From NCBI GenBank assembly GCA_951406725.2, contig OX597816.1:158410001-158474000 (forward strand): DNA of 64,000 nucleotides, in the 5' to 3' direction. A program made the position numbers and the translations under genes. This DNA comes from Octopus vulgaris (lineage: Eukaryota). The notes beneath the pieces are model-generated. The model searched no databases. It saw nothing but the letters and a program-made list of their open reading frames with translations, and had not been told where the DNA came from. Shown one piece after another: positions 23,430 to 36,550 of this stretch (within the stretch, counting starts at the first letter, position 1; the number at the start of each line of letters is the position of its first letter).

Positions 23430-23795
23430 CCGTCTAGCAATCTTCGCTCACTATTACTGGAGGGTCGTTGGGGTAGAGTCCTCAGGGATCTTCTCCATAA
23501 GATCCTACCTGAAGCAACTGCCATTAGACTTTCCAGCTGGATTCCCAAGCTCTGACAAACTGAGACTGGATATTATCCACTCATCTCTAGGTCTCCTGCC
23601 GGTTGGCTTGGCTTAAAGAATCCGCGTTGCGATTCTTTCCTACGACATTCTAATCAGATGTCTAATAAAATGTCTGACCTTTCAATGCAGAAGAGCAGCG
23701 GTTCGACCCTGCTCTCCAATTAACGATACTCTAGAGGTCTTTCGGAGGAACTCCATTTCGGCGGCTTATATTCGCGATCGTACTCTTTCGTTCAT
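23430..23795 (-). mobile_element. Degenerate RTE-like LINE 3' fragment
   Basis: Decayed LRWFGH- and GRPR-like remnants on the minus strand. Confidence 0.45.
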
Positions 23796-23797
23796 AA

Positions 23798-23940
23798 CTC
23801 TTTTACTCTTTCACTTGTTTCAGTCATTTGACTGTGGCCATGCTGGAGCACCGCCTTTAGTCGAGCAAATCGACCACAGGACTTATTCTTTGTAAGCCTA
23901 GTACTTATTCCATCGGTCTCTTTTGCCGAACCGCTAAGTT
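23798..23940 (-). mobile_element. SINE family A, 3' fragment
   Basis: Matches the family tail region. Confidence 0.8.
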
Positions 23941-24689
23941 AACTCGGAATTTTGTCAGTGAACAGGTCGCGGTCTCAAAGCGACGAAAATATTTTGACTA
24001 ATTAAATTTAAATGTTGAAGTAAATCTAACGGTTTTTGTGTATTTCTTAAATGGCTTATAAACACCTTCCACGCTGCAATTGTTTTCGTTCCAGCACACG
24101 ATCTCAGATCAGGTCACTTGCTATGCAAGTACATCTCAGTAACATTTTTTAGAGTTGACTAAAAATCTTGCAGCATAAAACCTGACATTTGAAAATTCAG
24201 TGTCATCGAACTCTGTTCACCCAAATGAGCTCCTGTCGTCATCACCAGTTCCTGAAGAAGATAAAAGTGCAAGTTTCGCCTCTAGTTCCTGTTATCTTAG
24301 TCACTTTACAAGATGAAGGTGGGATCCTACCATTCCTCACTTTCTCATATAAAACTGTATATTTTCAATATCACTAATAGATTGGATTTGGGAGATGTGC
24401 GTCTGTCACTTTTGCTCTTTCTATACATACGTATCAATTTATGAATGTATATATGTACAGTGCGGCAAAATAACCTTCCATTCACCTATCTACTAATTTC
24501 AGGTCTTCTCTTCGGAAGCTGCAGTGATGAACTTTTTTGTTTACATGATTCAACAAAATTACGAAACCTGTATCCTTTATTTTATATGTTCTTTTTAAAA
24601 TTTCACTTACAGTTTTCTCTTAAAGTCTCTTTTTTTCCCCTTCAAAGCCAACTTGTACAGATTTACTGGTAAAATGAAGTCATCAGCTG

Positions 24690-25260
24690 TTGTATAAATG
24701 TTCTGTATTAGTCTGGTCACCAAGGATCCAACAAAACTCACTAAACTAGCGTTCCACAGTTGTCAACGATGCTGCATTAATGACGGTCGATTGCTTATGA
24801 AGCCATGAGATGAATACGTAGCACTTAAGTCGAGCAAGGGAGCGTTTCTTATGACTTTCTACTATCTTTAGCCTATTAGAGCAAGTTGGACTCTAAGCTG
24901 CGGCGAAGGCAACAGATTAAGAACTCTTATAGAAAAGCCTAAGGTGTGTTGTTCATTAAGGTAGTAGCAAGCGTTTGTACGAACCTTTTGCTATCGGCAT
25001 CTGCAAAAAGATTGGCTGGTTCTACGCAAGCCTTCACCGCTGAAAACAAATCATTGGCATGGGTAGTCTAGTCTAACGGCCATAATATTAACCGTTAGAC
25101 CCTCATACGTCGAAGCCAATGGGAGAACCCATTACTATGTATGTATGCATGTATGTATGTATGTATGTATGTATGTATGTATGTATGTATGTATGTATGT
25201 ATGTATGTATGTATGTATGTATGTATGTATGTATGTATGTATGTACGTACGTAAGTATGT
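24690..25260 (+). mobile_element. Probable LINE 3' end running into a (TATG)n microsatellite (25137-25245)
   Basis: GC-richer decayed segment ending abruptly in a long tetranucleotide array. Confidence 0.4.
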
Positions 25261-25470
25261 ATTTATGTGTGTTTGAGCGTATGTATGCGTGTGCATGTGT
25301 AAGAAAGAGGAGGAGAAATACAGTGAAGACAAGAGGAAGCAGTATTTTGTTGTGTAAATGCAATTGTGAATGTATGTAAATTGGTACACATATGAGCTGC
25401 ATATAAAACGCGCGTGTGTGTGTATGTGTGCGTGTGTCTTGAGTGTTTTTGTGTGTGTATGTGATACACG

Positions 25471-25519
<49 letters not shown>

Positions 25520-26547
25520 GTATCTTTGATGCATGTTTTGTTTGTATAGGTGTGTATTCGCGGTCATCTATGTATAAGACATGAGCGGGAGGAGGGGTGA
25601 ATGTATATGTGAGTGTTAGAGTGAATGTTCGTTAACTCAGTTGTCTAATAACCCAACATGCAGCTAAGCTAGTAACTCTGGACTAATTGACATTAAGTAG
25701 TGTATAAAAGTAGAAGAGGTGATGCATAGTTTACCTGTAGCAGAGCATCAACTTAGCTTACACACACACACACACATATATATACATTAATCAATAGATC
25801 TCTCTCGATCTCTATCTTCGCTATTTTCTGCTTGATTTAGGTCAGTTTAGTAGCATATGGCGACTGGAATTACACGTTAGCCGCCACCCCGAGTCGTGCA
25901 CCAGCGAGCTTTGGTAAGTGTCTTCATATTTCAGACATATATATTCAACAAATAGACTTTTGAAACTTTCTTTTGTATATCTTCACTGAGAATACTTTAC
26001 TTTCTCGTTATTTCACTTCTAACACCATCATTGTCTACATCTATATCGTTACATTTACAATAAATATCCATAACTAATAATGCTTGTAACACCGTTTAAC
26101 AATTTCAAATAGCGAAGACAAACAATGATAGTTTGCTTGCACAATGGTTTCTTTGGTGGGGCATTTCGGCGATTGAATCAGGGATGCTTGGTGTATATTT
26201 ATCGATCTTAAATGAGAGGAAAGTAAAGTGGACCTCGGTTGGATCTCGAATTTAGAAAGCAAACAGAAAACCCCCAGAAAAAAAAAAGTGAAAAAAAAAA
26301 AAAGAAAAAAAGAAAAGAAAAAGAACTCAATGAAAGTTACTCCTTTGCTTTACCATTCCTGCTAATTCTGTACGCGGGAGATACAAATAGGGCTACCTGA
26401 CTAATAAACCAACGGGGGTCTGTGTAAAAGAGGAGTGAGTATCGAGTGGCGTTCATGCCTCTCTTAAAGACAGCGAACAAACTGAAATAAAATAGCTATC
26501 CTATAGTCTGGAAAAGAAACTGTGTTGGAGACTTAATTCGCAACATC

Positions 26548-26776
<229 letters not shown>

Positions 26777-27169
26777 CAGTTAAAGAAATGACGTGAATGT
26801 TGAATTTTGTCATCCAGACTATAATTTATATGGATAGATGTCTGTGTGTGTAATTTCTGCTCAGTACTTTTGTGCTAGTGATGGTGTTGGTGTCAAAGAT
26901 GGACAGCATTGTATTTTCCCCCACTTTTAAAATATTCTAGCAAAAGAAACAAAAATATCATCCAGGGAGAATGTCTCGTAGAAAGAAAGTATTTTACAAA
27001 TTAAAAATTTCTTCAAGTTTGTATTTCTCTCGTTTTCATATTAGTAATTCCCTACCGTTTGTTGCAACACTGACTCTCAAGTATTTATTTGTCGATCTCT
27101 GTTGACTGAATGTTTAAGTTACTTTTTCATGTCAAGGGACGCAACTTCAAACACAGTTTTGTACTGGTA

Positions 27170-27319
27170 TACACAGGCACATACACACACGAAGGCACAC
27201 AGACATGCGCGCGCGCACACATACATATGCATACACACGCACACACGCATGTACACACACATGCGCACACATACACGCACACAATACCCCATGCACGCGC
27301 ACACACACACGCACGCACG

Positions 27320-27363
<44 letters not shown>

Positions 27364-28014
27364 GACACACACACACACACTCAGACTCACACACAAGGTA
27401 CTCTTAAAATTGAATTAAAAACTCTTGATAACATTTGGCAACATTTATTGACAACGCAAACGCTCACTATAGGTGTAAAATCTATTTGTGGGGCAGAAAT
27501 ATAGTCACTATGTATGTATGTATGTATGTATGTATGTATGTATGTATGTATGCATGTATGTATGTATGTATGTATGTATGTATGTATGTATGTATGTATG
27601 TATGTATGTATGTATGTATGTATGTATGTATGCATGTATGTATGTATGCAAGTGTGTGTGTATGTATATGTGTGTGTGTGTACGTATGTATGTGTATGTA
27701 ATGTGTGTGTAATTTGTGTGTGTGTGTGTAGTGTATGTATGCAAGTATGTACGTATGTATGTGTGTATGTATGTATGTAATTGTGTGTGTATGTATGTAT
27801 ATGTGTGTATGTATGTGTGTGTATGTATGTGTGTATGCATGTATGTATGTGTATGTTTGTATGTATGTGTGTATGTATGAATTTATGTATGTGTGTATGT
27901 ATGTGTGTATGTATGTATGTGTGTATGCATGTATGTATGTAGGTAGGTATGTATGTATGCATGTATGTGAGTATGTATGTGTTTATGTGTGTGTATGTAT
28001 TTATGTATGTATGT
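27170..28014. repeat. Compound (CA)n and (TATG)n/(TG)n microsatellite field
   Basis: Seen directly in the sequence. Confidence 0.95.
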
Positions 28015-28535
28015 CAAATCACTTCTGAGGTCTCTTGTGGGTGCTACTGGTAGAAAGAATTCAGTAGAACCAGCTGCATAGCCGAATCGTCGGCGACGAA
28101 ATCGGTGCCCTTGCTTGGCTTGCCTGGTGAGTATGGTTGCTAGAAACCCAGGACAGAAAACAAGACTCGTCGAATGGATGGACGATCCCAATATAAGTTC
28201 AATGAATACCAAACAGTAACACGGGCACTCAGAAAATCTGAGTAGGTGCCTGGTGTTGTGGAAGACCGCTCGGAGTGAGGCACCCCTCAGTTTTGTCTCT
28301 TGGGGAACGTCCCTCTAATATAAATCCGGATATCAGGGAAAGGCATTGGACATTTTGGGAATCTTTTACTTGCGCTTGAGATCACGGAGCAAGATATCTT
28401 GCTTCGGCTTGTCTTTGGATCATGTCAAAAGGGTAGGGAATGTCAATGAAGTGTCGTACAAGTCTTATTGGACTTAAAATTTTGCACAGAAATTGTTTTG
28501 TCGGTGATGATCATACTCGCCTACGAGTTAACAAC
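28015..28535 (-). mobile_element. Probable RTE-like LINE 3' fragment with (CATA)n tail
   Basis: Minus-strand remnants resembling RLRYLAP, RGRSPRDKTEGCLT and RRFGYAA abut the tetranucleotide array. Confidence 0.45.
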
Positions 28536-28667
28536 CTTCATGTACGTATGTGTGTCATTGTTCAGCTTTATTTCAAGATTTCTTGCCAATAGAGAGAGAG
28601 CCAGATTCTTACCTAGATCCAAGGCTCCGTCATTGGAATTTCAACATCAACAACAGGGTATTTTTGT

Positions 28668-29230
28668 TTGTATGTATGCATGTATGCATGCATGCATGTA
28701 TGTATGTATGTATGTATGTATGTATGTATGTATGTATGTATGTATGTATGTATGTATGTATGTATGTATGTATCGCTTGTGACCCTGACATATGTGCTCG
28801 AGATAGGAAAACGTTTTTAACATTGCAATGGCTTTATTTTCGTCACTACAAGAGCTTGTAGCATATTTAAGTAGCCCATGCAATGCCCGCGTGGGCAAAG
28901 ATTCTGTAATGTATCCACCTACACACACACACACACACAGGCACAGCAACCGACTTTCCGGACACTAACAGTCTGGAGCCGCATGTAATTCGCATTAATT
29001 TACGAACAGGAATTTCAAATTCCCGCGGCCGCCATATTAGTTTACTGGTACCTTGCACAGACTAGTATCTTGCACACTAAATATTAATAAACTCGTATCA
29101 TTTATACGAATTTCATTTAATCATTTAATTAGTTTGTTAACCAAGGTGACAACTTCTGGTTCGGAAAAATCAGCAATCCGGAAAGGCTTTCGAACCAAAG
29201 GTTCCGCATAGTCGATTGTTGTACCTGTAC

Positions 29231-29314
<84 letters not shown>

Positions 29315-30047
29315 ATTATAGACACACACACACATATGCTGAATGGTTGTATTTACAGAAACCATGCTTTATTGAAATAAACTGTGAATATGAATGTACT
29401 CCGACCGTGACCTTCACGCCTTATTTTCGAATATAGTATGTCTAGGACAACATTATGTAATGTGTCCTATCTATCTAAAAGAGTTCGGTGAGATTTCATA
29501 GATCTTTGTTATTCCTAGCGAATTAGGTGGCCACGTATTTTAATACACGTGCGTAATATGTGCACCCACGCATGAATGCACATTTGTATGTATGTATGTA
29601 TGTATGTATGTATGTATGTATGTATGTATATGTATGTATATGTATGTATATGTATGTATGTATATAGGCTAGACATTTTTCTATGCCCTTACTTACAATT
29701 ATATATATGTATGTATATGTATGAATGCATGCTCGTATGTATATATGAATGCACGCATGTATGTATGAATTTACGTTCATATATATATGCATGCATGTAC
29801 GTACGTATGTATCTATATACGTATGTTCGTGTGTATGTTTGCATGTATCTATGCATGCATGTATGAATGCATGCATGTATGTATGTATACATGTTTGTAT
29901 TTATGTATGTTTGTATTTATGTTTGTATGTATGTTTGTGTGTGGGTGGGTGTGTATATACATGCACATATACTTACACATACATACATACATACATACAT
30001 ACATACATACATACATACATACATACATACATACATACATACATACA

Positions 30048-30078
<31 letters not shown>

Positions 30079-30090
30079 GTATATGTATAA
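28668..30090. repeat. Microsatellite cluster: (TATG)n 28668-28773, (GT)n 29233-29312, degenerate (TATG)n 29586-29960, (CATA)n 29978-30075
   Basis: Seen directly in the sequence. Confidence 0.9.
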
Positions 30091-30917
30091 ACCAATGCTA
30101 AAAGTTCTTAATCTTTTTCTGACTTCATGGCGCACAAGAGATTAAGCAGTAAGCAATTAGCAGCATACTGGAGATTAAATAAATGAATAAAAACAAAAAA
30201 AAAAAACAAAAAACAAACAAATCACTGGCTCACTTCACATGGAAAATTTAACAAAATTACATCTTGAAGGTAAAATTATGCAAAAAAAAAAAAAGATAAA
30301 AAGAAAAGATAAAACGAGAAAAAAATCTATTGCGTGCTTTGTTTTAACAACCGTTTCTTTGTTACAACAAAATCCTGAAAAACACGCTCGAGTAATTAAT
30401 ATGAAGTTTCAAAATCCTTAAATTACATTTTCCAAATCCACGGAGTACCATCTAAATTGGTGTTTCTTTACCATTCTTTTCTTGCTTATGGACCCCTTTG
30501 ATTCCTATCTTATTCAGGTGGACCCTCATATCCATTCAATGCTTTTAAAAAGAATCCTATCATATTTTTATGATTAAATATTATTAGGAATTGTTTTCAA
30601 AAAAATCCCTAAAATATTTTGTGCATTGAAGTGTAACCAATTTATTGCACAGAAAATTTAACAACAAAATCTTACATGAACCTTCAGGAATCATGTGGAC
30701 CCTGGTTGAGAGCCATTGATCTAGATACCCACCATGGTACCCCGTTTGAGAGCAACTGACTTATGACGTTGGTGCATTTTTCTTCACCAATTTTGTTTTG
30801 TTGGTTATTTCCGATTATCGCTAGAAGATAATTGTGCCAATATCAGGAACTCTTGAAGAGAATGATAGCATCACTTGTTGATGTCATCTCCAAGTCCGTA
30901 TGACGGTCTTGAGCTCA

Positions 30918-31806
30918 ACATCGACCCCAGTGCATAACTGGTACTTATTTAATCGACCCCGAAAGGATGAAAGGCAAAGTCGACCTCGGTGGAATTTGAA
31001 CTCAGAACGTAGCGGCAGACGAAATACCTATTTCTTTACTACCCACAAGGGGCTAAACACAGAGGGGACAAACAAGGACAGATAAACGGATTAAGTCGAT
31101 TACATCGACCCCAGTGCGTAACTGGTACTTATTTAATCGACCCTGAAAGGATGAAAGGCAAAGTCGACCTCGGCGGAATTTGAACTCAGAACGTAGCGGC
31201 AGACGAAATACCTATTTCTTTACTACCCACAAGGGGCTAAACACAGAGGGGACAATCAAGGACAGATAAACGGATTAAGTCGATTACATCGACCCCAGTG
31301 CGTAACTGGTACTTATTTAATCGACCCCGAAAGGATGAAAGGCGAAGTCGATCTCGGCGGAATTTGAACTCAGAACGTAGCGGCAGACGAAATACCTATT
31401 TCTTTACTACCCACAAGGGGCTAAACACAGAGGGGACAAACAAGGACAGATAAACGGATTAAGTCGATTACATCGACCACAGTGCGTAACTGGTATTTAT
31501 TTAATCGACCCCGAAAGGATGAAAGGCGAAGTCGATCTCGGCGGATTTTGAACTCAGAACGTAGCGGCAGACGAAATACCTATTTCTTTACTACCCACAA
31601 GGGGCTAAACACAGAGGGGACAAACAAGGGCAGATAAACGGATTAAGTCGATTACATCGACCCCTATGCGTAACTGGTATTTATTTAATCGACCCCGAAA
31701 GGATGAAAGGCAAAGTCGACCTCGGCGGAATTTGAACGTAGCGACAGACGAAATACCGCTAAGCATTTCGCCCAGCATGCTAACGTTTCTGCCAGATCGC
31801 CGCCTT
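30918..31806 (-). mobile_element. SINE B2 tandem array, 184-bp period (one partial plus four units, one complete head)
   Basis: Junctions at 31027/28, 31211/12, 31395/96 and 31579/80, spaced exactly 184 bp. The full head is present only at 31757-31806. Confidence 0.92.
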
Positions 31807-32159
31807 CTCAAAGCTCTTACTACTTTCGTCAGTTTGTTGACGTGGTCTGCAGTAGAAATAAATAAATTTATTAAATAGACAAACACCTTCTCATCTCTCC
31901 TAGCCTCGATTCGGTGAAAGATAGAGGATATACCAACTGGAAGGAAAGAAGGCTGTACTAACACTCAGTTGGTTTTTTTTTTTTCATTTTCAGCAAAATC
32001 GTCTGGGATAGCGTGAAATTGAGTGTCTTGCTCAAGGACACATCACGCCGCCCAATCTAGGAATCGAATGCATAACCTTATGATCATGAGATCAGCACTC
32101 TAACCCCTAGGTAGAAGAAACCAGCTGAAAGATTTGATATAATGCTAACGACTTGATAT

Positions 32160-32700
32160 TGCTCGTCATGATCAGGTATCGTCTGCTCTCATCAAGTTGA
32201 ATCGCCATGTCTTTTTTTTCTTGCCCTTATAATCCAGTGTATCTATATCTGTGCAGTCCTTGATATTATTTATCTACATATTTGGTTTTCTTTCCCTTTT
32301 GCCTTTGATTAACAGTCTCAGAAAATAATTTGTTTTTAATTAAATGTTCAAATTTTGTTTAGTTTTCTCTTTTTGTTGTTGTCTAATAAACTTTTCTTTG
32401 ATTTTTTTGTATGTTTTTTTTTAGTACTTCGTCACTGGATATGGGTTCTCTTTATGATATCCTCAAAAGTCTTCTTCATACCCACATCCCAAAAGCTTGT
32501 AACATATTTGATAACGCTTTTGTAATGTCCTTGTTTCAACTCCATATAGTAGAGTATAGTAGACTCCATATAGTAGAGAAACATTTTCTACCAGTGACAT
32601 TAGAACCATTTTTTGTATCTGGCTTCAGATTATGGTTATGGTATCTGGAATTTCTATCAAATCGAAAACATTCAATTCTATTTCACACACTTGTAGAACA
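32160..32700 (-). mobile_element. Degenerate RTE LINE fragment
   Basis: Minus-strand translation ...LLYSTIWS*NKDITKALSNMLQAFGMWV*RRLLRIS* resembles the RTE LYG.E.W...AFEMW.YRR.LRISW motif. Confidence 0.65.
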
Positions 32701-32708
32701 TGACCGAT

Positions 32709-32739
<31 letters not shown>

Positions 32740-32754
32740 TTCATTGCAATCTAG

Positions 32755-33260
32755 TTAGACTTTGATTAACTCCCTCCTATGCTGTCACATTTCTGACAGT
32801 TTTCTTAATTAAAAGTTGTTCATTATATATTTAAACTCTTTTCTACCCAACCGCTTGTTCAGAAGTGATGTGATTGTTTCTCACAATACTCTTGGAGAAA
32901 CTTTTCAGACAGGTTGTGCGCCTTTTATACATAAGATTCTGGTATGCAATTAGCCGGTAGTTTTTCGCTTTGCGGTTGGCATTGTTTTCTGGATGACAAT
33001 TTTGTTTCTGCCACCACCAAACACTTTGTTATGTTTATAACTCCAATAAAAGCCTGTTGGTAATGATCAATAAGGCATACAGAAGGTCAGTTTTTTTTGT
33101 ACCAATGTCTGACATCAAGTCTCTTCCTGATACTTTCCTGTCCTGAAGTTCTTAAACCACAGTCCTCACCATTGATACTTTATGCTCTTGGTTAAATACA
33201 GAAACAATACTTCTGTCGGTTTTCTTCAAGCTACCCAATATTCTAATAAACTCCTTTGAT
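32755..33260 (-). mobile_element. Degenerate R4/Dong-like (R2-group) reverse transcriptase fragment
   Basis: Minus-strand KNYRLIAYQNLMYK...CEK..HITSEQAVG*KRV*IYNEQLLI resembles NYRPITCL.TMYK...EQKG...DQLLI. Confidence 0.5.
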
Positions 33261-33479
33261 CTCACTCTATTGTTGTTTTTTTTTATTCCAGAGGATGTTT
33301 GAATCTTCCCGAGAAGAAACCTCTTTGACATTTACTAAATTTTCGCTCATATTTGAAAACTGCTGATTGGTTTCGAATAAGGACGTTTCCTGTTGATGCC
33401 AGGGTCTTAAAGGCTTTAATACACACACACACACACGCACACATGCACACATATACATGCATACGTATGTATGCGTGCA

Positions 33480-34347
33480 TACTAGGTGCATTCCAAAGGT
33501 TTTGACTTTTTAAAGAGAGGCAGTTATAAATGTTCTAGATTATTTATAACTTTAGTATATCCTTACCATGGATCAATTAAGTTGATTAGCCAACTTTTGT
33601 TATTCCAGATTGAATGAGACGGCTGTAGCAGCACTTTGAAATCACCCTACTAAACACAGCTTGTCACAACTGACTAGTTTGCAGAATGCAGCCGGGACAG
33701 GGAAACAATTTGGAAGCTCTCTATGCAATAAAGTTTTGTGATAAACGTGACAAAAAACACTATAGAAACTTATGAAAAGCTCCAGACTGGTCATGGATTA
33801 ACTTGTATGAATCGAGCATCTGTTTTTCGCTAGCACAAGAGGCCAGGCAAAGCAAAACAACCGGGGAATTCATGACGATTTCCATTTATTGGAAGCAAAG
33901 TCATCATTTACATCGACTGAGTTCTCTCTAGCCAGACGGCCAACAAAAAGCACTTTGTGGAGGTTTTGAGGGAGTTCAGGAAGAGATTTGGTCGCAAAAG
34001 GCCAGGATACCTGCACCAATCCACAATTTCATCCTGGTAATCAATTACTTGACAGAGATGGGCATCAACATTATACCTCAGCCTCCTTACAGTTCAGACA
34101 TTGCTTCCTGCGATTTTTGGTTGCACCCCAAACGGAAGGAGAAAATGAAGGCAGCTGTGACAAGGGTCCTGGACACCTTTACGTAGGAAGACTTCCATGG
34201 AACCTTCACGAAGTGGCCAGAGCACTATCACAAGTGCACTGAAGTCAGAAAATCCTATTTTGAAGGAGATTAGACTTTTGTACTTCTTTGAAATTAATAA
34301 ACGCCTCTCCTGAAAAATCTTATAACTTATGGAGTGCACCCGGTGTA
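33480..34347 (+). mobile_element. Internally deleted mariner with both degenerate TIRs
   Basis: Ends TAGGTGCATTCCAAAGGTTTTGACTTTTT / AAAAATCTTATAACTTATGGAGTGCACCCG. Remnant PQPPYSSDIASCDFWLHPK at ~34076-34132. Confidence 0.75.
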
Positions 34348-34544
34348 TATGTGTGCGTGTGTATCATCACCAGGTAACATTTTAAACAGCTAAGATTTTA
34401 AACATTGACCTGGACATAACCAACATTAGTTACTGAATATGTATGTAAACAACGACCTGTACTACAAAATGGAAGGGACCACATAGAACCTTGATGCCGG
34501 TGACCGTTCCACAAAGCATTCTAATAGCTGTAAGCAATGACACA

Positions 34545-34922
34545 TAGTTAAGAAACTCGCTTTGCAACCACATGGTTTCAAGTTCGGTCCCTCTGCGCAG
34601 TATCTTGGACTAGTGTCTTCTACTATAGCTCCGAGTCAACCAAAGCCTTGTGAGTGGATTTGGTAGACGGAAACTGAAAGAAGCCCGTCGTACATATGTA
34701 TATATATATGTGTGTGTGTGTTTGTGTGTCTGTGTTTGTCCCTCCAACATCGCTTGATAACCGATGCTGGTGTGTTTACGTCCCCGTAACATAGCGGTTC
34801 GGCAAAAGAGACCGATAGAATAAGTACTAGGCTTACAAAGAATAAGTCCTGGGATCGATTTGCTCAACTAAAGGCGGTGCTCCAGCATGGCCACAAATGA
34901 CCGAAACAAGTAAAAGAGTATA
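34545..34922 (+). mobile_element. SINE family A
   Basis: Collinear with the family consensus seen in this window. Confidence 0.85.
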
Positions 34923-35134
34923 GGTGCAATGTCATTAAGTTCTGTCGTCATTGTGTACGTCATATATTGTCGGTTAATAGGTGGCTTACGATGCTATTTG
35001 TTTAATTAATCATAACATTAATTAATTTACTCGAAAGACAAAAAACAAAAACAAAAACAAAAACCAACAACGCAATTTACAAAAGTGAACAGTTATAGAT
35101 TGTTTCGATATAAGACAAAATAAGCAAAAACGAG

Positions 35135-35918
35135 AGGACCTACTCCCTCCACAACACTAGTCTCAAAAAGTCTTCATGTGAACGTGACCTGGGTGTTATT
35201 GTCGACAGTGATTTGCGTTGGACAAAACACATCGCTAAAATTGTCAAGAAGGCTGAGGGTGTCTTGGCATCACTCACCAAATCCTTTGTGAGCCGCTCTC
35301 CGACTATCTATCTGCGGCTTCATACAGCTATGGTAAGACCTCACTTGGAATTTGCATCACCGGCCTGGAGCCCCTATCTTGCCCAGGATATCAATCGTCT
35401 GGAAGCTGTTCAGCGACGTGCAACCAAAAGAATACCCTCCATCAGGCATTTGCCATATCCTGAACGCCTTACTTCCCTGGGCATGGACACATTGAAACTC
35501 CGACGTCTGGCAGCTGACTTGGCAGACACACATAAAATTATCAACCATCGTACAAACAATAACTCTGAGCACCTTTTCAAACTCCACCCATCTAACACCC
35601 GTGGACATATTTACAAAGTCAGAAAACAGCACAGCTCCCATGACTTCAGGAAACATTTTTTCACGCTGAGAGTTGCTGAAGCATGGAACAAACAGCCGGC
35701 ATCAGTTGTTAGTTGTCGGAGCACTGCATCCTTCAAAACTTCCATGCTTCCTGAGATTCGCCAACACTACACCTGATTTTCTCCCCTCCATACACACACA
35801 AGCATGTATCTGACTCATGCATTGTTCGCTTTCCAGACATTTGTACATTACTGCATATACTCTGACAAGTTGTGGTGCACCTGAGCACTGTATACAATAA
35901 TTTCATTATTATTATTAT
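35135..35918 (+). mobile_element. CR1/L2-type LINE, 5'-truncated, ORF2 C-terminus plus (ATT)n tail
   Basis: ERDLGVIVDSDLRW, VRPHLEFASPAWSP, LEAVQRRATK, TRGH and FFTLRVAEAWN motifs (ORF 35213-35776). Confidence 0.92.
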
Positions 35919-36145
35919 AAAAAAAAAATTTAATTAGGTATTCACTAAGCAGCGTTGAATGAAATATAGTTATGTAAGTCATATTTAATAGGCTCGTGTA
36001 CATTAGAACATGGAAAAGCAATACGCTACACGAATTGTCCTTATAGACAATATGGATGTAAACACACCATTAAGCTATGAATGACTTCACTGTACCGTAA
36101 GACGCATGCGTTTCCACGTTTATCTGCTTCGCCAGCTACGTATAT

Positions 36146-36550
36146 CTATTTCTTTACTACCCACAAGGGGCTAAACACAGAGAGGACAAACAAGGACAGA
36201 CAAACGGATTAAATAAGTACCAGTTACGCACTGGTGCGTAACTGGTACTTATTTAATCGACCCCGAAAGGATGAAAGGCAAAGTCGACCTCGGCGGAATT
36301 TGAACTCAGAACGTAACGGCACACGAAATACTTATTTCTTTACTACTCACATGGGGCTAAACAAGGACAGACAAACGGATTAAGTCGATTATATCGACCC
36401 CAGTGCGTAACTGGTACTTATTTAATCGACCCCGAAAGGATGAAAGGCAAAGTCGACCTCGGCGGAATTTGAACTCAGAACGTAACGGCAGACGAAATAC
36501 CACTAGGCATTTCGCCCGGCGTGCTAACGCTTCTGCCAGCTCACTGCCTT
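36146..36550 (-). mobile_element. SINE B2 dimer
   Basis: Junction GAAATAC|TTATTTC at ~36331; a single head at 36500-36550. Confidence 0.85.

Noticed and set aside
31020-31035. Spliceosomal back-splicing as the source of the AG|GT junction
   Set aside because: In the intact head the break is preceded by TTAGCG rather than an AG acceptor with a pyrimidine tract, and the SINE is a Pol III-type unit.
31028-31211. Hammerhead ribozyme inside the SINE B repeat (classical retrozyme)
   Set aside because: No CUGANGA box was found on either strand of the unit.
30918-31806. CRISPR-like regular repeat array
   Set aside because: The units are contiguous 184-bp SINE bodies with no unique spacers, the context is eukaryotic, and there are no cas genes.
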